DNA of 64,000 nucleotides. It comes from Mantamonas sphyraenae STR306. Taxonomy: Eukaryota; Protista; CRuMs. The notes under the pieces were generated by a model, which searched no databases, was not told where the DNA came from, and worked only from the letters and a program-made list of their open reading frames with translations. Below, piece by piece: positions 22,031 to 33,618 of the stretch. A program made the position numbers and the translations under genes. Positions within the stretch are counted from its first letter, which is position 1. Each line of letters begins with the position of its first letter. The stretch is from positions 248,001 through 312,000 of the forward strand of contig JAPMXV010000045.1 in NCBI GenBank assembly GCA_026936335.1, given 5' to 3'.

Positions 22031-23696
22031 ATGGGCTGTGGAACGAGTGCAGAGGAAAAGGCAGCGGAAGAAACTGTGGACGTGGAAGCTCCTGCGGAGG
22101 AGCCAGCGGAGGAACCTGCAGAGGAACCGGCTGAGGAGCCTGCGGAGGAACCTGCGCCAGCAGAAGCACCTGAAAAGACAAACAACATGCCCAGCGTACG
22201 TGACCATGCCACTCCATACTCCACCTCGCGTTTGTGTGCATGTCCGTTGGTGCCGAGGCCGTGTGCTCCACCGTACATGCTGTCGGCATGGAGGTGCTGC
22301 TGCCCAACGTCTGTTTCGCCTTTTTCCGGAATCAACGGTTGGATTTTAGCGCAACATTTGTGTGTCGTTTCCCCTCCCACCCTGTTTTCGCCTCCTGTTC
22401 CATCCACGCCATGGCGCTGTGCGTGCCCTGGCGCCTCTGCACGATTTGCTTGTCTGCCGCGCTTCCTCCCTCATGGTGTACACTCGTCCCTGTCCTGTGC
22501 TTGGCCTTGCTCAGCTACCCGTGGCTGTGTGTCTTGCCCTCTCCAAAACCCTCTCTCCCTCAAACACCTTTTTTTCCGTGTGCCTTCCAACTCTGTCGCC
22601 TGCACCAATTTCCCTGCGCGTTGTCCCCTCGATCGCCCGTGTCTCAGCGCCTCCCAGCACGCGCCCTCCCACAATTTGCACACCACTCCCACATATGGCT
22701 GTGTTTGAGGCCGTGAAGCGTGGTGTCACGTGGGCGAGGAAAATTTTGTGCGATGCTGACACCAAACTCCACCCACCCACCTTCACAACACCCCCACCCC
22801 ACCCCCACCCCACACAGTTTACCAACGGACAGATTATCACCCTCGTCACCTCGCACGGCAAGACGCTGTACGTGAACCCGGACAACGACGGCGTGGTCGG
22901 CTCGAACGGCGGCGAGCTGCCTTGGGGCGACTCGTCGCACTGGTGCAACTTCATTGTGACCAACACGGACGATGGCAAGATCACGCTGCAGACCGCTCAC
23001 GGAAAGCAGGTGTATGCCAACCCGGATGGCGAGTTCTGCGCCAACGGAGGCCTCCTGCCCTGGAACGACAGCGGCGAGTGGTGCGAGTTCGAGCTGGTGG
23101 ACAACGACAACGGCAACCTGTGCCTGCACACCACCCATGGCAACTCGGTGTACGTCAACCCGGAGGATGACGAGACCGTCAAGGCCAACGGCGGCCCTCT
23201 GCCCTGGAGCGACAGCGGCGAGTGGGCCGAGCTCACTGTGGGCCCGCCCCAGCTCACCGACGGCATGAAGATCTGCCTCAAGGCTCAGAAGCAGCTGTAT
23301 GTCAACCCGGACGCCGATGGAACTATGGGTTCCAACGGTGGCGATCTGCCTTGGGGTGACAGCGGCGAATGGTGCCTGTTCACCGTCGGCATCCAGAACG
23401 ACAACGTCACGCTGGCTACCAACCACGGCAAGCAGGTGTACGTCAACCCGGATGGCGAGCTCAAGTGCGACGGTGGCCTGCTGCCCTGGAGCGACAGCGG
23501 CGAGTGGTGTGAGTTTACCGTCGGATCCCAGGGCGGCAAGCTGACGCTGCACACTACCCACGGCAACTCCGTGTACGTCAACCCGGAGGATGACGAGAGT
23601 GTCAAGGCCAACGGCGGTCCCCTGCCCTGGAGCGACAGCGGCGACTGGGCCGAGTTTGCCGTTCTGGAGCCCACCAAGCTCGGCATTGAGGCATAA
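22031..23696 (+). CDS. MGC-acylated protein with AEEP linker and six ~45-aa repeats (two fascin/hisactophilin-like beta-trefoils), 2 exons
   Basis: Exon 22031-22195 (MGCGTSAEEK...(AEEP)x5), phase-0 intron GTACGT..CACACAG 22196-22817, exon 22818-23696 with six copies of HGKxxYVNP..NGGxLPWxDSGEWCxFxV. Confidence 0.75.
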
Positions 23697-23833
23697 GATG
23701 CTTGTCTTTGCGAGTGCGGATGTGCGCGTGAGCCGTGCGGCGTGCGAGAGCGAGTTCTCCGCAGACCGTTTGCGTGGTGCGATCAAATGAAGCTCGGCGA
23801 GTGCGCATCCAAAGCAAACGTAGCCCACACACC

Positions 23834-25414
23834 ATGTCAATCGAGGTGCGGTACTCCAAGTTCTCGAACGAGACCACGCCCACGGTGCGGCAGGACCTGC
23901 ACAGCTTGGTGTGGATTGCAGAGAAGGATCGTGTGCTGTTGGTGCCGGGGAACAAAAACGACACCTTGGCAGCGTACTACGACCCCGAAGCACACACGTG
24001 GGAAACCAACGACAGTCTTGTCGAGGCATTGAATCACCAGGGTCTGGAGCTGGCCGGGTTTGGTCTTGTGGACGACCACCTGCTCTATCTGCAGCCAGCA
24101 GGCAACATCGGCGCAAAGAACCGTGGCTTCATGTATGACCTGCGCACAGAACGTAAATTGGACAGCAAGGAGGCCAAGATAGTGGACGACACAGACACGC
24201 CGGCCAACACCAAGGGCGTGGCGTCGGCACACGACGGAACACGCGTTTGGTTTCACGGAGGGAAGTCCTCGAGCACCTACTACGGCACTCTGGACGTTCT
24301 GGAGCCCATGCCACAAGAAGAAGCTGACGAACCGGAGGAAAAGAGCAAGCACTCTCAGGCCTCGTCGTCGCCGTCGTCCACGTCCACGTCCAAACGCTTC
24401 CTGGGCAAGTTGTTTTCAAGGAAAGACGATGCGCAGAACGCAAACACCCCGCGCACGTGGCGCAAGCGACGCCTCCAGTACACAAACACGTCCGACGAGT
24501 TTGAAGACGGCACGGTTCCGTTTGCACGCACACAGCACACTTTGAACTATTGGGTGGACGCCACAGGCGCTTGCCGCGAGGGCTCGGTAGACAACTCCAA
24601 AGCCCAGGCGCAGGAGTACCTGGTCCTGTTTGGTGGCTACGGGGTCGGGAGCCAAGGTCTGACGGGCAACAATGGTGGCACGCGGTACAACGAAGTCCAT
24701 GTCTATAACCTGCACGAGGATCGCTGGTACAGGCTGCCTGCCACTGGCGAGCCGCCTTCACTCGTCTCGCGCCACTCCACTTGTATCATGGGCAACACCC
24801 TGTTTGTATTTGGTGGCTATGCGTACAATCCATCGGGCAGCCGCAACACTCTGCACGTATTTGACCTGCTGGAGCGCAAGTGGCTGCTCGTCGATCGCCC
24901 CAGTCCGCACAGCAAGCTCCTCATGCCCGGCGACGAGTCTGTGCGCAGCAGCAGCAGCAGTGATACAGAAGAGAAGAAAGAGGTAGAGGCGGGGAAAGGG
25001 ACAGACGAGGACTCTGTGTACCTGGGCAACCCGGATTTCATCTCTGCACGCTACTCCCAAGCGGGTTGCTTGGTCCCACCCAACAAGTTTGTGATCTGTG
25101 GCGGGGTTGCCGTGGACAACGCAGACCATGGCCAAGTCATGCACCAGTTTGAAGCCCAGGGTTCCTTCCAGCGCTTCTCCACGGACAACTTTATGCAGTG
25201 GCCACGCTCGTTCCGCGATGCCGTCCGCACCTGGCTCCTGATGACCCAAACCGACGAGAACCTGGAGCCGCAGTACAACACCGATGGCATGGAGTTCCCT
25301 GCCTGGGAGCTGCCCTACGAGCTCGTCATGCATGTCATCGAAAGCTTGGGTGACATCTGGTACAAGGTGCCCAACGGCGCCGTGGGGAGTGGCAACAGCA
25401 GCAACAGTGGCTGA
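23834..25414 (+). CDS. Kelch-repeat protein
   Basis: VWFHGG, ARTQHT..LVLFGGYG..YNEVHVYNL..W, SRHSTCIMGNTLFVFGGY..LHVFDLLERKW, ARYSQA..FVICGG. Confidence 0.82.
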   Translation: MSIEVRYSKFSNETTPTVRQDLHSLVWIAEKDRVLLVPGNKNDTLAAYYDPEAHTWETNDSLVEALNHQGLELAGFGLVDDHLLYLQPAGNIGAKNRGFMYDLRTERKLDSKEAKIVDDTDTPANTKGVASAHDGTRVWFHGGKSSSTYYGTLDVLEPMPQEEADEPEEKSKHSQASSSPSSTSTSKRFLGKLFSRKDDAQNANTPRTWRKRRLQYTNTSDEFEDGTVPFARTQHTLNYWVDATGACREGSVDNSKAQAQEYLVLFGGYGVGSQGLTGNNGGTRYNEVHVYNLHEDRWYRLPATGEPPSLVSRHSTCIMGNTLFVFGGYAYNPSGSRNTLHVFDLLERKWLLVDRPSPHSKLLMPGDESVRSSSSSDTEEKKEVEAGKGTDEDSVYLGNPDFISARYSQAGCLVPPNKFVICGGVAVDNADHGQVMHQFEAQGSFQRFSTDNFMQWPRSFRDAVRTWLLMTQTDENLEPQYNTDGMEFPAWELPYELVMHVIESLGDIWYKVPNGAVGSGNSSNSG

Positions 25415-25495
25415 ACCCGTTCCCAACCAACCCCCAAAACATCCATCATTCATCATCAACAAAATGTGTGGTGTGTGTCGAATTCATTGTGTTGA

Positions 25496-26870
25496 TCATT
25501 CGCTGTTGCTCTTCTTCTTCTTGAGCGGGCGGTAGCTGCCAACAACCACGGCATGGTCACGCTCGTACGGCTCCAGAGTGATCTGCTCCTTGGGCTTGAA
25601 CTTGGAAGCCTGCAGCTTCTTCACCTCCGAAGCAAACACCAGCGTCGGCTCCATGGTGGAGTCGATGCAGTTGGCCTTGATGGAAATCACAAAGTGGCCG
25701 CCGTTCTTGAGGAAATGGTGTGCGTTGAGTGCCACAATGCGCGCCTGGTCCGGCTGTGCCACATCTGCAAAGATGACATCCACCATGCCCACCAGCATAC
25801 GGTATTTGTGCGGGTGGCGAGCGTCTTCGATAATCGGGATGATGTTCGTGCGCTTCTTGGCCACGTTGATCAGGTCACGGCCCGATCGATGCGAAAACTC
25901 CACAGCGTACACAAGTCCGTCCTACGAGGAGGCCATGGTCCACATTCATATGTGTGTGTGTGTGCCCGTGTCAGCGTTTGTGCGCTCCTGCAGGTATTAG
26001 CACGGACTGCTGCTCCCTCTCTTTCGTCTTCCGGCGCCCCTTGCGCCTCTCCCGCGCATGCAATTGGGTCGCACGTCACACCTACCTTGCCCACGATGTC
26101 GCTGCAATGCGACACAGTCGTGCCCGACGCAGCACCCAGATACAGAAGCTTGCAGCCAGGCTTGATGTAGATGTTCTCAATACCACCCAGAACAGCTGCG
26201 GCCAGCTTGGAGCGGAACGGGTTCCAGTGGCGGTACTCCACCTTGCCTCCGTCCTCCGTCTGCGTTGGCCAGTGTAGATCATGGCCGTGTGTGCACACAA
26301 GGGCGCGTGGGGGCAGCGAGCGGTGTGTGTGTCAGCGTGCGTTCAGGCGTCACGTCTCGCCGCATGCAAAGGCCACTCACCTCCACCGAAACCCTCTTCT
26401 CGTTGTACACAGAGTCGCCCGGCACAAAGTTGCGCGTCATCAGCGAGTCGTCCTTGCCGCGGCCAATGAAGATACCTGGTGGGTGGATTGCTTGGTCAGT
26501 CGTGTGTCCTGGGCCACACGCGTGGAGAGGGCCAAAAAAGCCCAATTTGCTTCTCTCCCCCTCGCTCTTTCTGCGACTTACCCTCGTGACGATGCGGCTC
26601 CACGATCACCTTGGCGCCTCCGCGAGCTCCTCCGCGTCCTCCACGTCCTCCACCACGTCCGCCACGTCCACCACGTCCACCGCGTCCGCCTCCGCGTCCG
26701 CCTCCGCGTCCGCCGCCGCGTCCGCCGCCGCGACCGCCACGGAATCCGCCGCGTCCGCCGCCACGTCCACCGCCACGTCCACCACGTCCGCCGCGTCCGC
26801 CGCGTCCGCCGCCGCGTCCGCCTCCGTATCCACCGCCGCCGCCGCCGCCGTAACCACCATAGCCGCTCAT
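25496..26870 (-). CDS. FBL: Fibrillarin (rRNA 2'-O-methyltransferase), 4 exons
   Basis: Exons 26870-26582, 26475-26381, 26259-26086, 25921-25496. N-terminal RGG domain, [55 protein letters not shown]. Confidence 0.96.
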
Positions 26871-26982
26871 GATTTGTGCTGTGGGTGTCGGGTTGCAAAG
26901 AGTTTGGTGGCGGCGCGCAGCCACCCAAGCAGCAACGTGTGCATCGAACCATCCGGCGATCCATCCACAAACAACACACAAC

Positions 26983-29108
26983 ATGAGCGACAGCAACAGC
27001 AACAGCAACAACACAGCAGCAGCAGCAGCAGCACCTCCATCGAGTCCATCGACGACCGATTCCTGACACCCACCGAGGTGCCAGTGACCTGGTTTGACAT
27101 CCAGGAGGCGTTTGACCAGCTGACTGCCACCGAGCAGCGGTATGCATACCACGTGGCCAGGGCCTCCTTTGCCGGCAGTCTGATCTGTCTCGTGCAGACG
27201 TCGCCCGAGTCCCCGGGCATCTTCAACCTGCTGCAGGCCCTGTTTTCCGCCGTCTCCCCGGCTTCCCTTCGCGAGCTGGCCAAGGGCAACGACCTGGCCG
27301 ACCAAGTGGATGCCCTCATCAACTACGCAGCCCTCTTCTACGCCAACATGAGCAACTTCAAGAGCTTTGGCGACACCAAGTTTGTGCCCCGCGTGGACGC
27401 CCAAGGCCTGCGTGCCATCTTTGCCCTCACAGACAAGGCGGACGAGCTCAACGCCCTCCTGGACTTGGTGGCCGACCGCATGTGGTCCTGCGAGGCCAAC
27501 GAGAGTGAAATCGGCCTCCCCGGTGCCGGTACCAATGGCTACTACAGCGACAACGTGACAAAGGAGATCCTCGAGGGTGTGCAGGCGTTCATGCAGGCCA
27601 ACAACCTGAGTGCGTACAACACGCGTGTGTTTGTCAACCCCAAGGATGCATCACAGGTGGAAATCCGCCTGGCCAGTTCCCAGGTGGGTGAGCCCTGGAC
27701 TGGCGAACAGGACGGTGTCACCTACACAGTGACCACGGGCGACTATGCCCCGCTGATGGCACTGGTGGTGGAGGAACTCAAGGCAGCGCATGGCTACGCG
27801 GCCAACGAGAACCAGAAGGAAATGATGGACCAGTATGTGATCTCGTTCATGGACGGAAGCATCGATGCACACAAGGACGCCCAGCGTGCGTGGATCAAGG
27901 ACAAAGGACCCATCATCGAGTCCAACATTGGCTTCATTGAGTCGTACCAGGATCCCATGGGTGTGCGTGGCCAGTTTGAGGGCTGGGTGGCCATGGTGAA
28001 CAAGGAGACAAGCAAGAAGTTTGGCGCCTTGGTGGCCAGTGCCGAACCTTTCATTGCCTCGCTGCCTTGGCCAGAGGCGTTTGAGAAAGAGGTGTTTTCC
28101 AGGCCGGATTTCACGTCGTTGGAGGTGGTTGCCTTTGCAGGCACGGGCATCCCGGCAGGAATCAACATCCCCAACTACGACGATGTGCGCCAGAACTTTG
28201 GCTTCAAGAATGTGTCGCTGGGCAACGTGATCAGTGCTCCGCAGACGTCGGACAAGCCGAGCACGTTTTTGACGCAAGAGGACAGTGACGCGTTCAAGAA
28301 GCTGCACGCAGATTCGTTCACCGTGCAAGTGGCCGGCCACGAGTTGCTGGGCCATGGCAGCGGCAGGTTGTTGGTGGAGGGTGAGTTTGATGAGAGCACA
28401 GTGGACCCACGCACAGGCAAGCCCGTGGCCACGTGGTACAAGGCTGGCGAGACGTACGACGGCGTGTTTGGCACCATTTCCTCGTCCATGGAAGAGTGCC
28501 GTGCCGAGTGCGTTGGGTTGGTGCTCAGCGCCGACGACGCCTTCCTCAAGATCCTCGACCAGGCTGAGGAGCAGTGGAAAGACATCACGTACGTCAATTG
28601 GCTCAGCATGGCGCGTGCCGGTGTGCTTGCGCTGGAGTACTACACGCCGGAGAGCCGCAAGTGGGGACAGGCGCACATGCAGGCTCGTTACGCCATTCTG
28701 CGTGTGCTGTTGGACTCGGGACTGGTGAGCATCAACCGTGACACGCCGAACGGCTCGTACGTGCAGCTGGACGAGAGCAAGCTGCGCGAGGTCGGCGTCC
28801 CTGCCGTCAACGAGTTTCTGCTCAAGATCCACGTGGCCAAGTGCACCGCAGACTACGCCGCAGCAAAGGCCCTGTACGACGAGATGACCAGCGTGGGCGA
28901 GGACATGCTCGATCTGCGCAAGGAAGTGCTTGCTCGCAAACAGCCTCGTCGCATCTTTATGCAGCCCGCTCTGGTTCTGCAAGAGGGCAAGGAGGCAGTG
29001 AAGGTCAAGCAGTTTGATGTGTCTCCCGATGGAGTGATTGACAGCATGGTGTACCGCTTTGCAGGCTTCGACCCGGTGGAGGCAACTGGAGCTGCGGCGT
29101 TTGAATGA
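26983..29108 (+). CDS. DPP3: Dipeptidyl peptidase III (M49); apparent 1-nt deletion near 27013
   Basis: NFKSFGDTKFVPR, GFIESYQDP, GIPAGINIPNYDDVRQNFGFKNVSLGNV, HELLGHGSG, EECRAE, WGQAHMQAR. ATG 26983 is out of frame across the AAC/AGC repeat. Confidence 0.93.
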
Positions 29109-29384
29109 AGACCACGCGACAGATCTCTGATTTGCTGAGCGTTTCTGGCTGCAGCACAGTGACGTGGTGGGACGAGGGGGGGGGAAGGTTGGGGGGAGGA
29201 ATGCGTTGGGGGGAGTGAGGAGGATGGAGGATGGATGTTGAGGAACGAACGGGTGACGTGTGCCTGCAATGAAGAGGCACATTGGGCAATGGGTCTGCAG
29301 ACACATCTCTGTGCACGTGCACCATGCCCCTTCCATTCCTGGCCATGTGCGATGGCTGGACCAACAATCAACCAACACAGGGAA

Positions 29385-30308
29385 ATGGCGTGGACACAAG
29401 CGGCGAGCAAGAAACGGACCGAACGCGCGTGTCTGCTGCTGCTGGCCTGCATGCTGGGCTCGGTGTGTGCATACAAACCCATCATCATGATGCATGGCAT
29501 CACAGGGTCCTTCCACGACTTTGACGACCTTGTCCAGTGGGTGGACGAGCTGCACCCGGGCACAGTGACGGTGCAGTTGGACGTGGACAACAAAGACGCA
29601 AGCGTTTTCAAGCCAATGACTGAGCAGACGGCAGACGCATTGGCACTGGTGAAGGACATTGTGAGCGGGAAACACCCGGGATACAACGCAAGCGACTTTG
29701 AAGACGGGTACCACGTGATTGGGCACAGCCAGGGAGGGTTGTTGATTCGCGCGGCCATCCAGCAGTGGGACGGTCACAAGGTGCAGAACTTCCTGTCGTT
29801 TGCTGGCGTACAGCAGGGAGTGTATGGTGTGGATGAGATGGTGTGGCGTTTCTTCCCTGGGCTGGGAGTGGACGCCGTAACCGAGCTCCTTTACACCAAA
29901 GAGGGCCAAGAGCACTTTTCCTTTGCCCAATACTGGCACGACTCGAAGCTGCCGCAGCAGTACCTGCGTGACTGCGTGTACCTGCCAGTGATGAACAACG
30001 TGGTGCCCCACAACAACACCGCACGGTACAAGGCCAACTTTGAGGCCATCAAGAACGTGTATCTGTTTGGCAGTCCCCAGGACGGCACCATCATTCCCTG
30101 GTACTCATCACAGTTTGCCTTTTATGACAAGTGGATGGACTACAGCCCACCGGATCTGCAGCCGCTGTGGCTCAACGACACCATCGGCCTCCGTGGCATG
30201 TACGAACAGGGCAGGGTGCACTTTAGAATTATTGGGGACATTGAGCACAGCCAGTGGGTTCGCAACAAGGAGAACTTTGTGAAGAACGTGCTGCAGTACC
30301 TGGACTGA
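29385..30308 (+). CDS. Palmitoyl-protein thioesterase (PPT1/PPT2 family, PPT2-like), copy A
   Basis: Signal peptide, YKPIIMMHG, IGHSQGGL, FAQYWHD, FGSPQDGTIIPW.SSQF, catalytic His in IEHSQW. Confidence 0.9.
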   Translation: MAWTQAASKKRTERACLLLLACMLGSVCAYKPIIMMHGITGSFHDFDDLVQWVDELHPGTVTVQLDVDNKDASVFKPMTEQTADALALVKDIVSGKHPGYNASDFEDGYHVIGHSQGGLLIRAAIQQWDGHKVQNFLSFAGVQQGVYGVDEMVWRFFPGLGVDAVTELLYTKEGQEHFSFAQYWHDSKLPQQYLRDCVYLPVMNNVVPHNNTARYKANFEAIKNVYLFGSPQDGTIIPWYSSQFAFYDKWMDYSPPDLQPLWLNDTIGLRGMYEQGRVHFRIIGDIEHSQWVRNKENFVKNVLQYLD

Positions 30309-30390
30309 GAGGGAAGGAGCAAACCCCCCACCTTTTCCCTGTCCCGCACACACGCTATCATCAACACCAACAACAAATGCTTCACCTTTC

Positions 30391-30430
30391 ACTGAACTTC
30401 ACTGAACTTCACTGAACTTCTCTGAACTTC
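30391..30430. repeat. 10-bp tandem repeat (ACTGAACTTC)x4 just after the Ras stop; two copies in the other arm (41595-41614)
   Basis: Read directly from sequence. Confidence 0.9.
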
Positions 30431-30432
30431 AT

Positions 30433-31475
30433 TTACAGGATCAGGCACTTCTTCTTCTTCTTCTTGGTGTCCACCTTGTCGCCGCCAGCACGAGCCTTGC
30501 GGATCTCGCGCACCAGCTCAAAGAACGACTCCTCCACGTTGATGCGGGCCTTGGCAGATCCCTCCATGTGCGGGCAGCCAAACGACTTGGCCAGGTCCTT
30601 GCCCTCAGCAGTCGTCACCTGACGCTCGTGGTCCAAATCGCACTTGTTGCCAATGATGACCATCGGCACCTGGTCCTGGTCCTTCACGCGCAGAATCTGC
30701 TCGCGGAAGCAGGGATTTCGTCAAACGACGAGCGCGACGTGATCGAGTACACACACAGGAAGCCTTCGCCACTGCGCATGTAACCGTCACGCATAGCTGC
30801 GTACTCCTCCTGGCCAGCCGTGTCCAGGATGTCCAGCAGACACGACTCGTCATCGATCGTCACCTGCTTGCGGTACGAATCCTCTGTACGTGCAACCACC
30901 CACGTCCCCATGTGTGTCAGTTTCCCTGTCAATCTTCCTCTCCATCCGCCTCCCGGCGCCCCAAAACTTTGCCCAAGAGGGAAATCTCTCCACTCGCCCC
31001 TTCACAAACAAAACACCCTCCTGCCAAGTACACACACATCCCATGTCCTCCCCACATGTCCTCCTGCCCCGTCTGCCACACCCTCCACACATCCATGCAC
31101 CTTCCGTCGCCCTCGTCTCGCCCCCGCCTGTGTTCTCCACAGCCTTATCCACATGTGCCCACCCTCGAAAAAAAGCGCAATTCAGGGAACCCGCGCCCCA
31201 CCTCCACTTCCCTGCCCACCTGTCCCTTCCCCCACACCTTCCATTTCTCCCTCTCTCCATCCCCGTCCCATCCATGCACCTCTCTCCGCCCTCTCCTCCC
31301 TCCAATGCCATCCACCGCGTCCCGGCGTCCGTCTCCCCGCGCAACCGACTTGCCGTTGAAACTCACCAATGGTCGGGTCGTACTCGTCCACGAACGAGTT
31401 CTGGATCAGCTGGATGGTCAGGGCAGACTTGCCCACACCACCGCCGCCGACAACAACGCACTTGTATTCAGTCAT
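30433..31475 (-). pseudogene. Ras GTPase copy A with 1-nt frameshift near 30709 (pseudogene or consensus error)
   Basis: Exons 31475-31367 and 30883-30433 (451 nt versus 452 nt in copy B); CCTGC-TTCC here versus CCTGCCTTCC in copy B. Confidence 0.75.
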
Positions 31476-31843
31476 TGTGTTTTGTGTGTGTTTTCCTGAT
31501 TGGGTTGGGGTGGATGGAGCGGGTGAGGCGCGTTTGGTTTTGACGGCACCGGGAGAGGATAACGGGGAATTCTCGGTGTGGGGCACTAGCCAGGGGAGGT
31601 TGGGAAGATAAGGGGCGGGGAGAAAGGCAGGCTGGGGCTGGTGTGTGGGTGAAAGGGGGGGTGGGGGATTGGGGATGGGGTGGACGTGTGTGCAGTGGTG
31701 TGGTGTGGAGTGATCACACACCGACACCGAGGGATGGGTTCCAGAAACAACGTCTGGCTGTACACTCACACACCCCACACCCACACACCATCTTTATCTC
31801 TCTCTTTCTCTCTATAAAACAATGTTCATTTGGGGGGTAGGCA

Positions 31844-32293
31844 CTATGCAACGATCTCAACGCCGCTCTTGTTGGTTGTTTCCAGATCGTCGGCGCCCTG
31901 GATGGCATCTGCCCATGCTGTGGCTTCGTCGTGGGAGTAGAAGCGAAAATGATAGGTGCGCTCGGGTGTGACGACATCGACGACGTGTGTCCATTCCACC
32001 TCGTCGTCTGTGTTGTCGTTGAGTGTGACGGCTGTGACAATATACCGCGCCACGAGGCCGTCTGCATACTCGAGCGAGTCTTGAAAGTAGATAAGATAGG
32101 AAGGGGTCAGTGCCAGCCAGCAGGGCTTCCATTTGTGACCAAGGAGGCCAAACAGCGATGTGCCACCGCCTTTTTTGTCGCAGCGGCCTTGACGAGAGAC
32201 CGTTTCGTCCGGATACTGAGAGTGGACCCAGGAAGCGACCGCGTCACTGGTGTCGCGCACGGCCGTCTCGTCGTCGTGCTCCGGCAGGCTCAT
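31844..32293 (-). CDS. Small PH-domain protein
   Basis: RQGRCDKKGG..KWKPCWLAL..LIYFQ..VDVVTPERTYHFRFYSHDEATAWADAIQ. Confidence 0.82.
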   Translation of the reverse strand: MSLPEHDDETAVRDTSDAVASWVHSQYPDETVSRQGRCDKKGGGTSLFGLLGHKWKPCWLALTPSYLIYFQDSLEYADGLVARYIVTAVTLNDNTDDEVEWTHVVDVVTPERTYHFRFYSHDEATAWADAIQGADDLETTNKSGVEIVA

Positions 32294-32358
32294 GGGTGAT
32301 GAGATCCTGGGAGGTTGGATGAGGTGGCGGCGGCCGAGGCAAACCAAAAACACCGACC

Positions 32359-33564
32359 ATGCACCGCGCTCCGATCATCGGCAACCGCAGGCTGCATCAG
32401 TTTGAAGTGGAACGCAACCAGAAGCTGCACAAGCAGCGCCTGAAGAAGATCAAGCCCAGCATTGACAACAGCAAGCCCCGGTCGTACAACCACCTTGCTC
32501 GAAACGCCAAACGAACACAGCTGGAGGAGGGTACGTGTCATCCAAACGCATGTGCAGCAAGTGCAGCGACGCAAGTGTTCTGTATCCAGGTGTCTGTGGC
32601 TCTGTGTGGCCCTTAGACGACGCGTGGAGCGTGCGCGTGAGCACACGTTTTCCGGCAGGGCGGATGTGGCCGTTATCGCTTTTCCAGGCAGCCCCCACAC
32701 AGAGACCAGGCGGCAACGACACACACGACAGCCAGCACAGGAGAGAATGTACGCAGGAGTGGACATCTGACACACACGAGACCTCCCCACAGAGCGGCTG
32801 ACCAAGATTGAGCACGACAACAAAATCTTGCTGGAAAAGATGAGCTCGATTCTGCGGCAGAAAAACACGCTGGACAACAAGCGATCGGGCTACCGTGTCC
32901 AGTCGCTGCGCAAGACTCTGCGCAAGCAAGAGTTGCAGCGCATCACGGAGGAGAATCTGCACTTGCTCAAGCGCATTCAGCAGAAGGAGCCATTTTACAA
33001 CCACGTCCAGTGGGAGGAGGAGCGCAAGCAAAACGAGGTAGGTTCGGGGCCTTTCCCCACGCGCTGGCGCTCTGCAGAGAAAGCGAGAGGGTAAAAGAGA
33101 GAAGGCAACGCAAAGGAAAAGGAACCTATGACGCGTTGGTAAAGTTACTCACACACAATCCACATGTGCGCACACAGCGGCGGCTGAAAAACATCTGTGA
33201 GTATCCGCCTTCGCTTCTGCAGCAGCAGCAACAGGAACAGGCTGCATCGGGGGAAGCCCAAGAGGCACAAAAGAGCCCCAGCCCGCGCAAGGCTGGCGCC
33301 AAGAGCGGGGCAAAGGGCAAGAAGACGAAGAAGAGCAAAAAGGGCCGCAAACAGTCTTCGTCGTCGGCCGCCCGCAAGGCAGAGCAGCAAGATGCCGGCG
33401 AGCAGGACGAGGGAGCCAACAACTACAACGAGAACACCAACGACGAGTATGGATATGATGAGGAGCCGCAGAAGGCAGGAACGACGACGACGACGACGAC
33501 GACAACAACCACGTCGGCCGCCGTCGCTGCAGAGGACGAGTATGACGACGAGGATTTCGAATGA
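32359..33564 (+). CDS. CFAP97/KIAA1430 (Hemingway) family cilia-associated protein, 3 exons
   Basis: Exons 32359-32530, 32793-33037, 33178-33564. LHKQRLKKIKPSIDNSKP..NAKRTQLEEERLTKIEHDNKILLEKM..RKQELQRITEENLHLLKRIQ..NICEYP. Confidence 0.85.
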
Positions 33565-33618
33565 ACAGGTTGCATTTCTGTGGGGCGTTTGGTTTCATTT
33601 GCTGTGGACTAGCGACAC

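Larger units (their letters stand above)
29139..31924 (+). repeat. Inverted segmental duplication, left arm (~2.79 kb)
   Basis: Reverse complement of 40098-42865; contains PPT, Ras, the Ras upstream region and the 3' end of the PH gene. Confidence 0.95.

Noticed and set aside
26600-26860. GC-rich tandem repeat as a separate element
   Set aside because: It encodes the fibrillarin RGG domain.
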